Assembly (NCBI GenBank): GCA_050185825.1
Contig: JBFWZA010000013.1
Span: 76,445-140,444 of the forward strand
Direction: 5' to 3'
Length of the DNA: 64,000 nt
From: Pseudomonadales bacterium
GTDB lineage: Bacteria; Pseudomonadota; Gammaproteobacteria; Pseudomonadales; Azotimanducaceae
The notes beneath the pieces were generated by a model. The model saw only the letters and a list, made by a program, of their open reading frames with translations, was not told the origin of the DNA and did not search any database. Made by a program: the position numbers and the translations under genes. Below, piece by piece: positions 63,508 through 64,000 of the stretch (the first letter of the stretch is position 1; each line of letters opens with the position of its first letter).

Positions 63508-64000
63508 AGCGGAACAGCACCACGTCGCCGTCCTGAACGACGTAGTCCTTACCCTCCAGACGCCACTTGCCGGCGTCCTTGGCGCCCTGCTCGCCCTTGC
63601 AGGCGATGTAGTCCTCGAAGGAGATGACCTCCGCCCGGATGAAGCCCTTCTCGAAGTCCGTGTGGATGACGGCGGCGGCCTGGGGGGCTTTCGTGCCTAC
63701 GGGCACTGTCCAGGCACGCGCTTCCTTCGGGCCGGCCGTGAAGTAGTGGTGCAGCCCGAGCAGGCGGTAGCCCGCCCGGATCACGCGGTTGAGGCCCGGC
63801 TCGTCGATACCGAGCGCTTCCAGGAACTCGGCCCGCTCCTCGTCCGCGAGCTCCGAGATCTCCGCCTCGATCTTGTTGCAGATGGGTACCACCTCGGAGC
63901 CTTCCGCTTCGGCTAGCGCCACCACCGCGTCCAGCAATGGATTGTTCTCGAAGCCGTCCTCCGCCACGTTGGCGATGTAGAGCACCGGCTTGGCAGTGAT
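63497..64000 (-). CDS. ychF: redox-regulated ATPase YchF (C-terminal part; 5' end lies outside the window)
   Basis: Frame is open to the window edge. Motifs [23 protein letters not shown], and a C-terminal [18 protein letters not shown]. Confidence 0.9.
   Translation of the reverse strand: MTAKPVLYIANVAEDGFENNPLLDAVVALAEAEGSEVVPICNKIEAEISELADEERAEFLEALGIDEPGLNRVIRAGYRLLGLHHYFTAGPKEARAWTVPVGTKAPQAAAVIHTDFEKGFIRAEVISFEDYIACKGEQGAKDAGKWRLEGKDYVVQDGDVVLFRFNV

Overview
High-GC (roughly two-thirds G+C by eye) chromosomal segment. It is almost certainly gammaproteobacterial, based on a cmoA-cmoB pair, an E. coli-like elongator tRNA-Met, a perfect gammaproteobacterial LexA box upstream of a PA0069-type radical SAM gene, tail-to-tail ppk1/ppx, and ubiC/ychF. 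I resolve about 65 protein genes, one tRNA, one LexA operator, several hairpin terminators and one short tandem hairpin repeat. I found no rRNA, CRISPR array, transposase, integrase or prophage genes. Many long ORFs in the six-frame track are antisense shadow ORFs or read-through fusions of neighbouring genes, and I trimmed or rejected them. The content is dominated by fatty-acid/terpenoid-type catabolism: 4 acyl-CoA dehydrogenases, 3 crotonases, a thiolase, a hot-dog hydratase pair, an SDR, LLM oxidoreductases and a flavin reductase. The rest is transporters and housekeeping genes. The most interesting part is 48.4-54.5 kb. It holds a knot of tiny uncharacterised genes, including a 54-codon basic CxxC ORF that is too short for the ORF track and overlaps a Cys-rich 187-aa gene. 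This knot sits divergent to a same-strand run of four genes: a signal-less trypsin-like protease, a VOC-fold metalloprotein, a CbbQ/NorQ AAA+ ATPase and a CbbO/NorD VWA protein. No RuBisCO or NO-reductase client is in the window. Other notable items are: a LexA box shared between the radical SAM gene and an ATP-grasp / inactive-transglutaminase-7TM / retropepsin-like operon; a CinA-like::NMNAT-like fusion; a divergent PRPP-synthetase paralogue; an orphan ClpP paralogue; and a LemA-M48 pair. All functional calls come from motif recognition by eye, and no database search was run.
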